64,000 bases of DNA from an uncultured Thermoproteales archaeon (GTDB lineage: Archaea; Thermoproteota; Thermoprotei; Thermofilales; B20-G17). A program made the translations under genes and the position numbers. The DNA is taken from NCBI GenBank assembly GCA_965368245.1, contig CBDUMD010000007.1:2436-66435 (forward strand), given 5' to 3'. Below, in pieces: positions 8,935-18,797 of this stretch. How positions within the stretch are numbered: the stretch's first letter is position 1; every line of letters begins with the position of its first letter. The notes below the pieces were generated by a model. It saw nothing but the letters and a program-made list of their open reading frames with translations. It was not told where the DNA came from and searched no databases.

Positions 8935-9807
8935 TTGGCGTTAAAGTATGTTAGAAAACGACCGGTACCAGAGTGGAAGAGAAGACAGGTAAAGGAGATA
9001 CGAAGCCTATTGACTAAGTATCCTACAATAGCCATAGCCGATATTAATTACGTGACAGCACCGGTGTTGCATGAAATACGTGCAAAGCTGAGGGAAAGAG
9101 GAGACATTCTTAGGGTCGTGAAAAACCGGCTAGTGGAAAAAGCCCTCAGAGAGTCGGGGTTACCGAACGCAAATAAACTCATACAGTATCTTAAAGGAAG
9201 CAACGCGTTGATCTTCACGACATTTAACCCCTTTGAGCTTAAACTATTTCTCGATAAGAATAAGATTGCAAGAGAAGCGAAGGCAGGCGATATAGCGCAA
9301 AACGATATAATAATACCGGCTGGCAACACCAATCTACCTCCAGGACCTGTCTTAAGCATTTTTAGTAAACTTAGGGTAGAAACCAGAATTAAAGAGGGAA
9401 GCATCTGGGTTGAAAAAGACACTGTTGTAGCTAGAAAGGGGGATGTCATATCAGGCGAGTTAGCTGAGCTGTTAAAGAAGCTTGATATAAAACCAATAGA
9501 GGTTGGTTTGCAGGTTAAGGCAGCCTATGTGGACGGATTGACGATAGCCGGCGAGGATCTAGAAATCGACCTAGAAAGCATGAAGTCCGAAATCGCTGAA
9601 GCCGTAAAGAACGCGTTAAATCTAGCCGTTAATGCAGCTATTCCTGTGAGAGAGGCGATACCATTAACTTTAACTAAAGCACAGACTGAGGCATTAAACC
9701 TGGCGTTGAATACGGTTATCCCTCTCAAGGAAAGCATTGAATATAACGTCTCGAAGGCGGTTCTCGTAGCTACAAATATCTACGAAAAGATCAAAGATAA
9801 ATTATAA
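8935..9807 (+). CDS. rpl10: 50S ribosomal stalk protein uL10 (P0), lacking the acidic C-terminal tail
   Basis: PEWKRRQVKEIRSLLTKYPTIAIADINYVTAPVLHEIRAKLRERGDILRVVKNRL. TTG start. The protein ends ...ATNIYEKIKDKL with no Glu/Asp-rich tail. Confidence 0.85.
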   Translation: MALKYVRKRPVPEWKRRQVKEIRSLLTKYPTIAIADINYVTAPVLHEIRAKLRERGDILRVVKNRLVEKALRESGLPNANKLIQYLKGSNALIFTTFNPFELKLFLDKNKIAREAKAGDIAQNDIIIPAGNTNLPPGPVLSIFSKLRVETRIKEGSIWVEKDTVVARKGDVISGELAELLKKLDIKPIEVGLQVKAAYVDGLTIAGEDLEIDLESMKSEIAEAVKNALNLAVNAAIPVREAIPLTLTKAQTEALNLALNTVIPLKESIEYNVSKAVLVATNIYEKIKDKL

Positions 9808-9961
9808 CAAAGTGTAATTTTACTAACTACTTACACGTGTGGGTTGGATCTTTAGAGAGTTTATAATAGTTTATCTTTGCCTGTGGAGTATGGGGCGGAA
9901 CAAAGTGGTATATGTTTAAATTACTCTATCGATAAAAGTACTTGTATTGGTGGTGGGATAA

Positions 9962-12694
9962 TTGAAGAGTTTCTTCGATGTAAAAGTCTTTCAGGAGGAG
10001 GGATTCACTAGGAAAAAATGTAAGAAGTGTGGACGATATTTTTGGACCGTTAACGAGGATCTCGAGATATGTACAGACCAACCTTGCGGAGAATACGAGT
10101 TTATTGGAAAGCGATTTAAAACCGGTTTAGAACTAAAGGATGTACGGGAAGCTTTTCTAGGTTTTTTCGAGAAAAACGGTCATTCCAGAATAAAACGGTA
10201 CCCTGTGGTTGCACGTTGGCGGGAAGACGTCTACCTGGTGGGTGCATCAATATATGATTTCCAGCCATGGGTTACTGAAGGAATAGTGCCGCCACCTGCA
10301 AATCCCCTTACAATATCTCAGCCCTGTATAAGGCTCACCGACGTCGAAAATGTCGGTAAAACTGGAAGACATTTAACAACTTTTGAAATGATGGCACATC
10401 ACGCATTCAACTTCGGCAAAATACACGTATACTGGAACGAGGAAACTGTTCGCTATAGTCTTGATTTCTTCGTAAAGGAGTTAGGTATACCTAAAGAAAA
10501 AATAGTCTACATTGAAGATCTTTGGAGTGGCGGTGGAAATGCTGGCGAAGACTTCGAGATTATAGTTGATGGACTAGAGGTAGCGACATTAGTTTTCATG
10601 CACTATAGGGTTATAAACGGCGATATGATTCCAATGAACAATTTTATCGTGGATACAGGCTATGGTCTCGAGAGAATATACTGGTTTCTTACAGGAGCGC
10701 CAACGATCTACGATGCGGTTTTCGGTAAACTGGTCGAAAAATTGAGACTGGAAACAGGGATCCCCCCGCTAGATCATAGGATTTTGGAGGATATTTCACG
10801 CTATGCAGGAAAGTTTAGTAGCGAAACACCTGAACTTGAGAAGAAGTTCAAGAGTATGCTTGCCGAAAAACACGGTTTTTCCATTATGGAACTAAATGAG
10901 GTTTTACGTCCATATGAGGTTATATTTCGTCTCCTAGATCACAGTAGAGCATTGATGTTCATGCTTGGTGACGGGATAGTGCCCTCTAATAGTGGTGAAG
11001 GATACCTAGCTAGACTTTTGATAAGGAGATCCTTGAAGGACATCTATATACAGAAACTACCTTTCGACCTCAGGTACATCGTTGATTTACAGTTGGAGTT
11101 CTGGAGAAAAGAGTTCCCGGAATACTTGGAACTAAGGGATCTAATAGATGATATCATCGATGTTGAAACTAAACGATTCCATGATCTTGTTAGGCGAGGT
11201 AAAGACATCGTTTTAAGGAAGCTATTGAAGAGGGGTAAGAAATCGATTAACGTAGCGGATCTCGTACAACTTTATGATTCTCAAGGTATTCCACCCGAAC
11301 TTGTCAAAGATTTCCTAAGAGACCGAGGAGTAGAAGTGGAGATACCGGGTGATTTCTATTCAAGGCTCGCTAAACTTCATGAATCTACACGTGTTTCATC
11401 GGAAAAAGCTGAAGAGATACCGATAAATGTTGAGGGTCTTCCCCAAACAAACCTCTTATATTATTCTGATCCAAAACTAGCCAGATGCACAGCAAAAGTA
11501 CTTAAAATAGCTGGGGAAGGCAAATACATTGTCCTTGACCAAACTATATTTTATCCAGAGGGCGGCGGGGCCGAAGCCGATAGAGGATGGATCTTATCTA
11601 AGAGATTCAAAGCTAAAGTCGTCGACGTAAAGAAAGTAAAAAACATAGTAGTCCATGTATGCGACCAGATTAAAGGAACCTTACTTGAGGGCGATGAGGT
11701 CGAATGTATTCTCGATGTGGAACGCCGCAACGCTATCTCTAGGGCGCATACAGCCACGCATATAATATTGGCAGCGGCACGAAAAATTTTAGGGAAACAT
11801 GTTTGGCAGGCGGGGGCGCATAAAACAGAAGACTATGCAAGACTCGACATAACGCACTATAAGAGACTTACTAGAAGAGAAATAGAGAAAATAGAGGAAT
11901 TAGCCAACAAGATAGTTCTCGAGAACCGGAAAATCAATGTCTATAATATGGACAGAAATCTAGCCGAAAAAAGATATGGCTTTACACTATATCAGGGAGG
12001 TGTAGTACCTGAGAACGTGTTACGTATCGTAGAAGTGGAAAACTGGGATGCTGAAGCCTGTGGTGGCATACACTGTACCAGAACAGGTGAAGTGGGTTTA
12101 ATAAAAATATTCCACACTGAGAGAATACAGGACGGCGTTGAACGACTAGAATACGCGACTGGCTTAAGGACATTAAAGCACATACAGGATCTTGAAAAAA
12201 TAATGGAGGATGTTTCAAGGGATCTAAATGTACCGTTACATGATTTGAGGAGGAAAGTTAACGAGCTCTTGGAGGAAAAAAGAAGGTTGTCTTCTAAGGT
12301 GGAGAAGCTTGAAGATAAAATTATTGAAATAGAAGTAGAGAAGATGGTTCGAAAAGCCGTATGCGTAAAAGAATTCCATGTGATAACAGACATAATCGAG
12401 GGGGATGATTTAAATAAGCTGAGGAAGACGGCGTTTTACATTAGAGACAATTATGCAGACGCCTTGGCTTTCCTAATACTAGTTAAAGAAAATAAAAAAT
12501 TCTTCATGTTAACTCTTGGAGAAAAAGTCATGAAAAGAATTACAGCTAACGCAGTGTTAAACATCTTAAAAGAGCATGGCTTTAGGTTGTCAGGTGGAGG
12601 AAGAAAGCATTTTGCACAGGGAATAATAGATGTCAGGGATCCAAGAGTATTTCTAGAGGAGGTAAAAACGGTGCTTTTAAATTGTTTGAAGTAG
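9962..12694 (+). CDS. alaS: alanine--tRNA ligase
   Basis: 910 aa. N-terminal FQEEGFTRKKCKKCGRYFWT, the editing-domain HTATHIL...CGGIHC motif, and an archaeal-type C-terminus. TTG start. Confidence 0.9.
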   Translation: MKSFFDVKVFQEEGFTRKKCKKCGRYFWTVNEDLEICTDQPCGEYEFIGKRFKTGLELKDVREAFLGFFEKNGHSRIKRYPVVARWREDVYLVGASIYDFQPWVTEGIVPPPANPLTISQPCIRLTDVENVGKTGRHLTTFEMMAHHAFNFGKIHVYWNEETVRYSLDFFVKELGIPKEKIVYIEDLWSGGGNAGEDFEIIVDGLEVATLVFMHYRVINGDMIPMNNFIVDTGYGLERIYWFLTGAPTIYDAVFGKLVEKLRLETGIPPLDHRILEDISRYAGKFSSETPELEKKFKSMLAEKHGFSIMELNEVLRPYEVIFRLLDHSRALMFMLGDGIVPSNSGEGYLARLLIRRSLKDIYIQKLPFDLRYIVDLQLEFWRKEFPEYLELRDLIDDIIDVETKRFHDLVRRGKDIVLRKLLKRGKKSINVADLVQLYDSQGIPPELVKDFLRDRGVEVEIPGDFYSRLAKLHESTRVSSEKAEEIPINVEGLPQTNLLYYSDPKLARCTAKVLKIAGEGKYIVLDQTIFYPEGGGAEADRGWILSKRFKAKVVDVKKVKNIVVHVCDQIKGTLLEGDEVECILDVERRNAISRAHTATHIILAAARKILGKHVWQAGAHKTEDYARLDITHYKRLTRREIEKIEELANKIVLENRKINVYNMDRNLAEKRYGFTLYQGGVVPENVLRIVEVENWDAEACGGIHCTRTGEVGLIKIFHTERIQDGVERLEYATGLRTLKHIQDLEKIMEDVSRDLNVPLHDLRRKVNELLEEKRRLSSKVEKLEDKIIEIEVEKMVRKAVCVKEFHVITDIIEGDDLNKLRKTAFYIRDNYADALAFLILVKENKKFFMLTLGEKVMKRITANAVLNILKEHGFRLSGGGRKHFAQGIIDVRDPRVFLEEVKTVLLNCLK

Positions 12695-13440
12695 TTAAAT
12701 CATTTTCTATAGATGATAGGATTCTAGATGCTATAATAGATTATAAATTTCTCTTGAATAGGGGTTACAATCGGGCGAGAGCTTTACGGATAGTGGAGGA
12801 ACGATACAAGTTGAACCCCATTGAAAGAATGTTTCTATTTCGATCCGTTTATTCAGAAAGAGAAATAGTGGAAAGGTTAAGTAAGAGGGTTTCTCTCAGG
12901 GAATTAAAAGGAAAAATATTGCTAGTTGATGGGTTTAATGTTCTAATAACAATACAAAGTGCATTAGACGAAGACCCTTTAATAATCTGCGACGACCTAT
13001 TTGTAAGAGACTTATCTTCAGCCTTCAGAAGGATAAAAATCGACGATAAAATGTACAATGCTTTGACAGTATTTCTAGAGGAGGTTAAAAAAATCATACC
13101 GTATATAAAGGAGATCATGATCTTCTATGATGCTCCGGTAAGCCGTAGTGGGGTATTTGCACAATATTCTAGAAGAAAGCTTAATGAAATGGGATTTAAG
13201 GGTACAGCCGTAGCCGTAAAGAGGACTGATAGAGCAGTATTAGACATGAAAGGCATAATATCTTCAAGCGACTCGTTCATAATTTCTAAAGCCACTAAAA
13301 TAGTGGATTTAGGAGGAGTCGTGGCTCTACGTAAGGCTGGTCTTAAGAAAAACATAATAAACGTACGTAGACTAATAGAGGAGGGGTTAAAGAGAATTGA
13401 TACGAAGGATTTCGCCAAGAGAATTAAAGAGATTATCTAA
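12682..13440 (+). CDS. conserved archaeal hypothetical protein (DUF434-like N-terminus, possible PIN/NYN-like C-terminal domain)
   Basis: DYKFLLNRGYNRARALRIVEERYKLNPIERMFLFRSV resembles my recollection of the DUF434 family. LLVDGFNVLI resembles a nuclease-fold beta1 strand. Confidence 0.45.
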   Translation: MFEVVKSFSIDDRILDAIIDYKFLLNRGYNRARALRIVEERYKLNPIERMFLFRSVYSEREIVERLSKRVSLRELKGKILLVDGFNVLITIQSALDEDPLIICDDLFVRDLSSAFRRIKIDDKMYNALTVFLEEVKKIIPYIKEIMIFYDAPVSRSGVFAQYSRRKLNEMGFKGTAVAVKRTDRAVLDMKGIISSSDSFIISKATKIVDLGGVVALRKAGLKKNIINVRRLIEEGLKRIDTKDFAKRIKEII

Positions 13441-13753
13441 GAGGCTGGGATTACAGATAGAGGAATTGAATGGGGTTAGAGAAGTAAGGATAATTCTCGA
13501 AGATAGGGACATTATAATTAGCGATCCTAAAGTTAGCATCTTGAAGGTGGGGAACGAGCAGATATTTCAGGTTATCGGTGAAGCTAAAGAAGTAACCCGT
13601 GAAGTGGAGGTTGAGATAAGTGATGAAGATGTAGAACTGGTAGCTATGCAGGCTGGTGTGTCAAGAGAAGAAGCTTTAAAGGCGCTTAAACAAACTGGAG
13701 GAGACCTAGCTAAAGCAATACTCCTACTTTCCTCAAGTAAAACTGTTGGTTAG
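13397..13753 (+). CDS. nac: nascent polypeptide-associated complex protein (NAC alpha homologue with UBA domain)
   Basis: ISPRELKRLSKRLGLQIEEL...QVIGEAKEV...DVELVAMQAGVSREEALKALKQTGGDLAKAILLL. TTG start. Confidence 0.85.
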   Translation: MIRRISPRELKRLSKRLGLQIEELNGVREVRIILEDRDIIISDPKVSILKVGNEQIFQVIGEAKEVTREVEVEISDEDVELVAMQAGVSREEALKALKQTGGDLAKAILLLSSSKTVG

Positions 13754-13760
13754 ATTGTAA

Positions 13761-14366
13761 ATGCTCACTAAAATTAAACCCTTATTAAACCAGTACATGT
13801 TTTTCCTCATAAAGGCCTTAGCTCAGATAGGTGTTACCCCAAATTTGCTTACAATCTCCTCATTGCTTCTAGCCTCACTGCTTTTTGTTGCTACCTTTAT
13901 TCTCGGAGGGTCGACGCCTCCCATTTTAGTGGCATCCCTGTTCGGAGTCTCAGGGTTATTCGATTTTCTGGATGGAGGTTTGGCACGCTATACTGGTAAA
14001 ACTTCTAAGGTAGGCGCGTTCTTGGATTCTACGGTGGATCGCATTAACGAGGCTTTGTTCATAGCGTCTTTTGCATATTGTGGGATGATCAGCTTCCAAG
14101 AAGCTTATCTAATAATTGTAGGATCTCTGTTGGTCAGCTACACTAGGGCTAGAGCTGAAGGTCTAAAACACAACGTTAAGCTTGAAGGGGTCGGGTTGAT
14201 GGAGAGGGCAGAGAGGCTAGTTATCTTATTTATAATATATATCTTATACGTATCTGGCTTTGCCCTACTTTCTAAAATAGTCTTTTACTTACTTGTGGTT
14301 GCAGTATATTTGACTGTGGTCCACAGAATTATGGCTATAATTACCTTTTTTGGAAAGAAACATTAG
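13761..14366 (+). CDS. CDP-alcohol phosphatidyltransferase family protein (archaeal polar-lipid head-group synthase)
   Basis: DFLDGGLARYTGKTSKVGAFLDSTVDRINE equals the motif D-G-x2-A-R-x8-G-x3-D-x3-D. Multiple TM segments. Confidence 0.8.
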   Translation: MLTKIKPLLNQYMFFLIKALAQIGVTPNLLTISSLLLASLLFVATFILGGSTPPILVASLFGVSGLFDFLDGGLARYTGKTSKVGAFLDSTVDRINEALFIASFAYCGMISFQEAYLIIVGSLLVSYTRARAEGLKHNVKLEGVGLMERAERLVILFIIYILYVSGFALLSKIVFYLLVVAVYLTVVHRIMAIITFFGKKH

Positions 14367-14368
14367 TT

Positions 14369-15451
14369 CTAATCGAATACCCCTCCTATACCCTTTACCC
14401 TTATTACTCCTGGTTTTCCTTCTTCACCTGTTAAATCGAATTTCACGTTAAGAAGCTTCTCTGTGATCATTATATTGGTTAAAGCATGCATAGTAAGTTT
14501 ACTAACACCTATGCTGGATGTTCCTTTAGCCATGGCAAGGTAAGGTATGAGCATATCTCCCATATGTTTATCAAATGCCATGTTGGTGGATAATTCCTCT
14601 AACAACTTTTCGGCGGCCTCTCTACCCACCTTTTCCGCAGGTTTACCTCTAGCACCCAGAGCATCTGCACCTAACCGTGTTTTATTGCTTGTGATGGCCC
14701 AGAGAACTATTCCGCTTCCTGGTCCTAAGTGCGGGTCTCGGCTTGGAGAATAAAATTCTTTCTCTATTTTTATTTCGACGCCAGGCAACCCTTGTTTTAG
14801 AAGGTTTAAAGCAGAATAGGCTTGTCTTTCGGCGACGTGGCTAGGTAAACGTACGGCATGGGATATCCCCTCTATTTTAAGTACACTTCCTCTTTTGATA
14901 ACGCTAAGGGGTTTAAGGATATTAGCTGGACGTGTTTTTATCCTTACCAATCCGCCACCCTTAGGGTAGTGGCCCCTTCGAATCACTTGGATATCTACGT
15001 CAACCCCTATGCTTCTCAGTATGGGAAGTAGTACGAAACGTATGTAGTCAATAGGTGGACTCCACTGAACATCAGTACCTCCTCTTATTGTGATGTCGCA
15101 GGGTTCAGGTAGTGCTGGTGCGACTATTAAAAGCGATTGTAGGACGAGGGGGATGCTACCGGCTGTTCCTATATCAAATTTGAAGACTCCTCCTCGATGC
15201 CTTGAAGGTATGAAGGTAACTTCACGCGAACCTACATCAAGCCCCTTTACCTTAGCATCACAGAGCTGCGCAACCGATTTAATGGCGACAACATGCTGTG
15301 GTCTAAGGCCCGGGTTTGAACGTTTAGCACGAATGTTGATGATCCTTACTGGTTTTAAGGTTAAGGCTGACAGAGCGACGCTGGTTCGAAGTACCTGTCC
15401 TCCACCTTCACCTAAACTTCCATCTATCACTTGGACCTTCAAGCCAACCAT
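14369..15451 (-). CDS. rtcA: RNA 3'-terminal phosphate cyclase
   Basis: IDGSLGEGGGQVLRTSVALSALTLKPVRIINIRAKRSNPGLRPQH, including the catalytic-His region. Confidence 0.9.
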   Translation of the reverse strand: MVGLKVQVIDGSLGEGGGQVLRTSVALSALTLKPVRIINIRAKRSNPGLRPQHVVAIKSVAQLCDAKVKGLDVGSREVTFIPSRHRGGVFKFDIGTAGSIPLVLQSLLIVAPALPEPCDITIRGGTDVQWSPPIDYIRFVLLPILRSIGVDVDIQVIRRGHYPKGGGLVRIKTRPANILKPLSVIKRGSVLKIEGISHAVRLPSHVAERQAYSALNLLKQGLPGVEIKIEKEFYSPSRDPHLGPGSGIVLWAITSNKTRLGADALGARGKPAEKVGREAAEKLLEELSTNMAFDKHMGDMLIPYLAMAKGTSSIGVSKLTMHALTNIMITEKLLNVKFDLTGEEGKPGVIRVKGIGGVFD

Positions 15452-15594
15452 TCTCCCTCCCCGTAGCTCTATACTTTAACTTATATTTTTGTCTGCCATG
15501 GAATTGCGGTTAGTTATATAGTGTTTTTACTCTCCTCTCGTAACGAGAGGCTCCACAGTGTTTAAAACATGTGTAAGAAAAGGTCCTCCAGCCC

Positions 15595-16392
15595 CTAAAT
15601 AACTTTTCTTACCGTTATTTTTTCTCCTTGCTTCACCTTCAGTGCGTTTGCAGCATTGCCCATGTTCATCGAGATTTCGAGGTGGTTAAAGCTATTTATA
15701 AGCAAAAGGAGGGATCCTGGCGGTGTTTCTCCATAGGCTTTATGTAACCGCAATTTCATGGGTCTTCTCCCACGTATGGTTACTTCCAGAAGGTCTCCGT
15801 ATCTTATTTCCTGTTTCCAGATTAGGTTAGAAGGTATATTTGTGACCAAGTTACCAAAGCCATCAATATATATGATTTCCCCGCTTATAGTTCCTTTCTC
15901 GACTATTGAGGGTCTAGAGTAGGGGGCGGGAAGATATTTTTCTGTGGGGTTTCCCAGCTTACTCGGTGGAATTCCTAAAGATAAGTATGCGGCGGTGGGG
16001 GCAAAGACATCGCGTCCATGAAAAGTATATGATATCTCTTTATAATTCTCTGTGTTGATGAAATATACTGCTTGTATTCCATTCTCTTCAGCAGCTGAGA
16101 TTAAAACCCCATTGTCCGGTCCCACAAAAAAGTATTTCTTGGTTTTAATTATCAGGCCTTTACGTGCTGTACCCACACCTGGGTCGACAACCACAACGTG
16201 TATAGTCCCTGGAGGAAAGTATTTGTAGGAGTATGCAAGGATGAAAGCGGCTTCCCTTACATTAAATTTTGATACTCCATGTGTTATATCCACAATTTTT
16301 ACGTTTGGATTAATTTTGTAAATGACTCCTTTCATTACCCCTACATAAGGGTCTTGAAGACCAAAGTCTGTTAACAAGGTGATTATAGGCAT
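15595..16392 (-). CDS. S-adenosyl-L-methionine hydroxide adenosyltransferase family protein (DUF62, fluorinase/chlorinase-like)
   Basis: MPIITLLTDFGLQDPYVGVMKGVIYKINP...VVVDPGVG. Confidence 0.8.
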   Translation of the reverse strand: MPIITLLTDFGLQDPYVGVMKGVIYKINPNVKIVDITHGVSKFNVREAAFILAYSYKYFPPGTIHVVVVDPGVGTARKGLIIKTKKYFFVGPDNGVLISAAEENGIQAVYFINTENYKEISYTFHGRDVFAPTAAYLSLGIPPSKLGNPTEKYLPAPYSRPSIVEKGTISGEIIYIDGFGNLVTNIPSNLIWKQEIRYGDLLEVTIRGRRPMKLRLHKAYGETPPGSLLLLINSFNHLEISMNMGNAANALKVKQGEKITVRKVI

Positions 16393-16468
16393 TTTTCTCC
16401 TAGAAATCTATTAAAAAGAGATTTTTTAAATTGACGGAAAAGGTAAATAATTTTAAGTTTTAAATCCC

Positions 16469-18139
16469 TTAGAATTCGCTTTCTCCTTCCTCGCCGAACT
16501 TTTCTTCTTTACCGCCTTTACCTTTTTCTTCTTCAAGTTTTGATGCGGCTATGATATCGTCTATCCTTAAAATCATCGATGCAGCTTCCACGGATGTTCT
16601 CAACGCATGTGTTTTAACAACCAAGGGCTCTATTACATTTCTATTATACATGTCCATGACTTTACCTTCAAATACATCTACACCGTATGAGTGTAATCCC
16701 TTGTCGTGAGCTGCTCTTAGCTCAGCTATTATGTCGATGGGATCAAGCCCAGAATTCTCTGCAAGCGTGCGTGGAATCGATTCAACAGCATTGGCAAATG
16801 CCTCGATAGCTAACTGCTCCTTGCCACCCACCTTAGCCGCGTATTCTCTTAGGCTCTTTGCTACAGCGGCTTCTGATGCACCGCCACCTGGAAGTATATA
16901 GGGTTCCTCTATTACGTCTGCAACGACGCTTAAGGCGTCTTCAAGGGATCTTTCAGCTTCGTCGATTATCTTCTCAAGCCCTCCTCTGATGAGTATACTT
17001 ACAGCCTTAGGGTTCTTACATCCCTCTACAAAGACCATTTTTTCGCCTGCTATCTCCCTCTCCTCCACAACCTCTGCGTAGCCTAGATCTTTTTCGCTCA
17101 AGTCTTCTATCTTTGTTACGATTCTCGCTCCTGTAGCACGGGCCAGCTTTTCCATGTCGGATTTCTTTACCCTCCGTACAGCCAGTATACCGGCTTTGGC
17201 TAGATAGTGTTGGGCCATGTCGTCGATTCCCTTCTGGCAGAAAACGACATTTGCCCCCACGCCTTTAATCTTCTCTACCATCTCTCGGAGCATTTTAACT
17301 TCTTCTTCCTTAAACAGCTCCATCTGCGTTGGATCGCTTATCCGTATTTCCGCATCTATCTCGGTTTTCTCGACTTCAAGAGGAGTGTTTAGAAGGGCTA
17401 TTTTCGCTTTCTCAACCTTTTTCGGCATACCTGGATGAACTACCTCCTTATCGATTATCACTCCGTAGACAAGCTTTGTGTCAAATAGGCTGCCGCCCTG
17501 CTTCTTTATTATTTGAATGTAATCAATATCTGCTACCCATTTGTCTCCAACCTTCTCGGCAACCTGTTTTACTGCGTCGACCGCTATCTCCGAGAAGAAG
17601 TCTTTCACGGCTGCAACTACTTTACCATGCATAGCTGTGCTGGCAACGTGTTTCAAGGTTTCTTTATCATTTATGTCTATCTTTTTGGACAGGTTCTTTA
17701 GTATCTCTACTGATTTTTCAAGGGCTTTCTTATAGCCACCAACGATAATTGTTGGGTGAATGTTCTTTGCGAGCAGTTTTTCAGCCTCCCTTAATAGCTC
17801 GCCTGCCAGCACAACAGCTGTTGTTGTACCATCTCCCACCTCATCGTCTTGGGCTTTAGAAACTTCTACAAGAAGTTTGGCTATTGGATGCTGGACATCC
17901 ATCTCATCTAAAATCGTTGCCCCATCGTTGCTTACAGTTATGTCTCCAAGACTGTCTATCAGCATCTTGTCCATTCCCTTTGGTCCGAGGGTAGTTTTTA
18001 CAGCTTCACTTATGGCGCGGGCAACCATTATGTTAAGTCGTATAGCCTCTCTACCGGTTCTCCTAGTGGTTCCCTCCTTCAATATAAGTACAGGTATCCC
18101 TCCCATTTGGGCTATCATAGGTTCGGACACTGGCATCAC
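16469..18139 (-). CDS. ths: thermosome subunit (group II chaperonin)
   Basis: 556 aa with [30 protein letters not shown]-like ILPGGGASE and a C-terminal charged tail. Confidence 0.95.
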   Translation of the reverse strand: MMPVSEPMIAQMGGIPVLILKEGTTRRTGREAIRLNIMVARAISEAVKTTLGPKGMDKMLIDSLGDITVSNDGATILDEMDVQHPIAKLLVEVSKAQDDEVGDGTTTAVVLAGELLREAEKLLAKNIHPTIIVGGYKKALEKSVEILKNLSKKIDINDKETLKHVASTAMHGKVVAAVKDFFSEIAVDAVKQVAEKVGDKWVADIDYIQIIKKQGGSLFDTKLVYGVIIDKEVVHPGMPKKVEKAKIALLNTPLEVEKTEIDAEIRISDPTQMELFKEEEVKMLREMVEKIKGVGANVVFCQKGIDDMAQHYLAKAGILAVRRVKKSDMEKLARATGARIVTKIEDLSEKDLGYAEVVEEREIAGEKMVFVEGCKNPKAVSILIRGGLEKIIDEAERSLEDALSVVADVIEEPYILPGGGASEAAVAKSLREYAAKVGGKEQLAIEAFANAVESIPRTLAENSGLDPIDIIAELRAAHDKGLHSYGVDVFEGKVMDMYNRNVIEPLVVKTHALRTSVEAASMILRIDDIIAASKLEEEKGKGGKEEKFGEEGESEF

Positions 18140-18193
18140 CCCAAAATTATGCGGCTCAAACAGGGATACTTTACGCTTCTATTTAAATTTTTC

Positions 18194-18472
18194 CTAGGAG
18201 TACTCCCCCTCAGAAGCCCGTTCTTCTTCGCCTACTGTACTAAGATAGAGCAATCTAAATACCCTTTTAGATGAAAATCTTACATCATCTCCCTTAACTG
18301 TTCTTCTTTTTGAAAACTTTGCCAATTCAACGCTCTCCTTCGCTAATTCTAGGGCTATTTTTTCCAGCACCTTCTTAAGCTCTATTAAAGCTTCTCTGCT
18401 AACCCTCTCCGCCCCAACTCTACGAAAGAATCTCTCCATAACGCTTAACGGTATGCCCTTATCTTCCTTCAT
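18194..18472 (-). CDS. archaeal histone (HMf-type fold) with a roughly 20-aa C-terminal extension
   Basis: IPLSVMERFFRRVGAERVSREALIELKKVLEKIALELAKESVELAKFSKRRTVKGDDVRF follows the alpha1-L1-alpha2-L2-alpha3 histone-fold pattern. Confidence 0.7.
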   Translation of the reverse strand: MKEDKGIPLSVMERFFRRVGAERVSREALIELKKVLEKIALELAKESVELAKFSKRRTVKGDDVRFSSKRVFRLLYLSTVGEEERASEGEYS

Positions 18473-18561
18473 ACTAGAAATCCTCCTTCCACTTTAATTC
18501 AATGTAATTTAATATTATTCTATAGAGGCAAAAAACTTAAAATCCTTGTTAAACCATAAGC

Positions 18562-18789
18562 ATGGGGCTCAGCTTGGGTAAAGTCCGTCCAGCCTATATA
18601 AAACGCACAGCCAGGAAACTGTTGCAACTATATCCAGATAAATTTACAGATGACTTTGAGCACAACAAGAAAGTTGTAACCGAACTCACAATAGTCGACT
18701 CCAAGAGGGTTCGTAATAGGATAGCAGGTTATATAACGCGCTTAGTTAAAATAAAACATAGGGAAGAAACTGAAACCGTAAGCACTTAA
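18562..18789 (+). CDS. rps17e: 30S ribosomal protein eS17
   Basis: [34 protein letters not shown]...[13 protein letters not shown]. Confidence 0.9.
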   Translation: MGLSLGKVRPAYIKRTARKLLQLYPDKFTDDFEHNKKVVTELTIVDSKRVRNRIAGYITRLVKIKHREETETVST

Positions 18790-18797
18790 GGGGGTGC

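Noticed and set aside
15534-15550. 7-bp hairpin CCTCTCG-TAA-CGAGAGG between the DUF62 gene and rtcA
   Set aside because: It could be a terminator or processing hairpin. On the transcribed (minus) strand it is not followed by an oligo-U tract, and archaeal termination does not need hairpins, so the support is insufficient.
17207-18197. Cluster of plus-strand ORFs (61-145 aa) inside the thermosome gene, and the equivalent minus-strand ORFs at 37934-39447 inside the second thermosome gene
   Set aside because: They are antisense shadows of highly expressed, strongly biased genes. Their translations are Ser/Leu/Pro-rich with no motifs.
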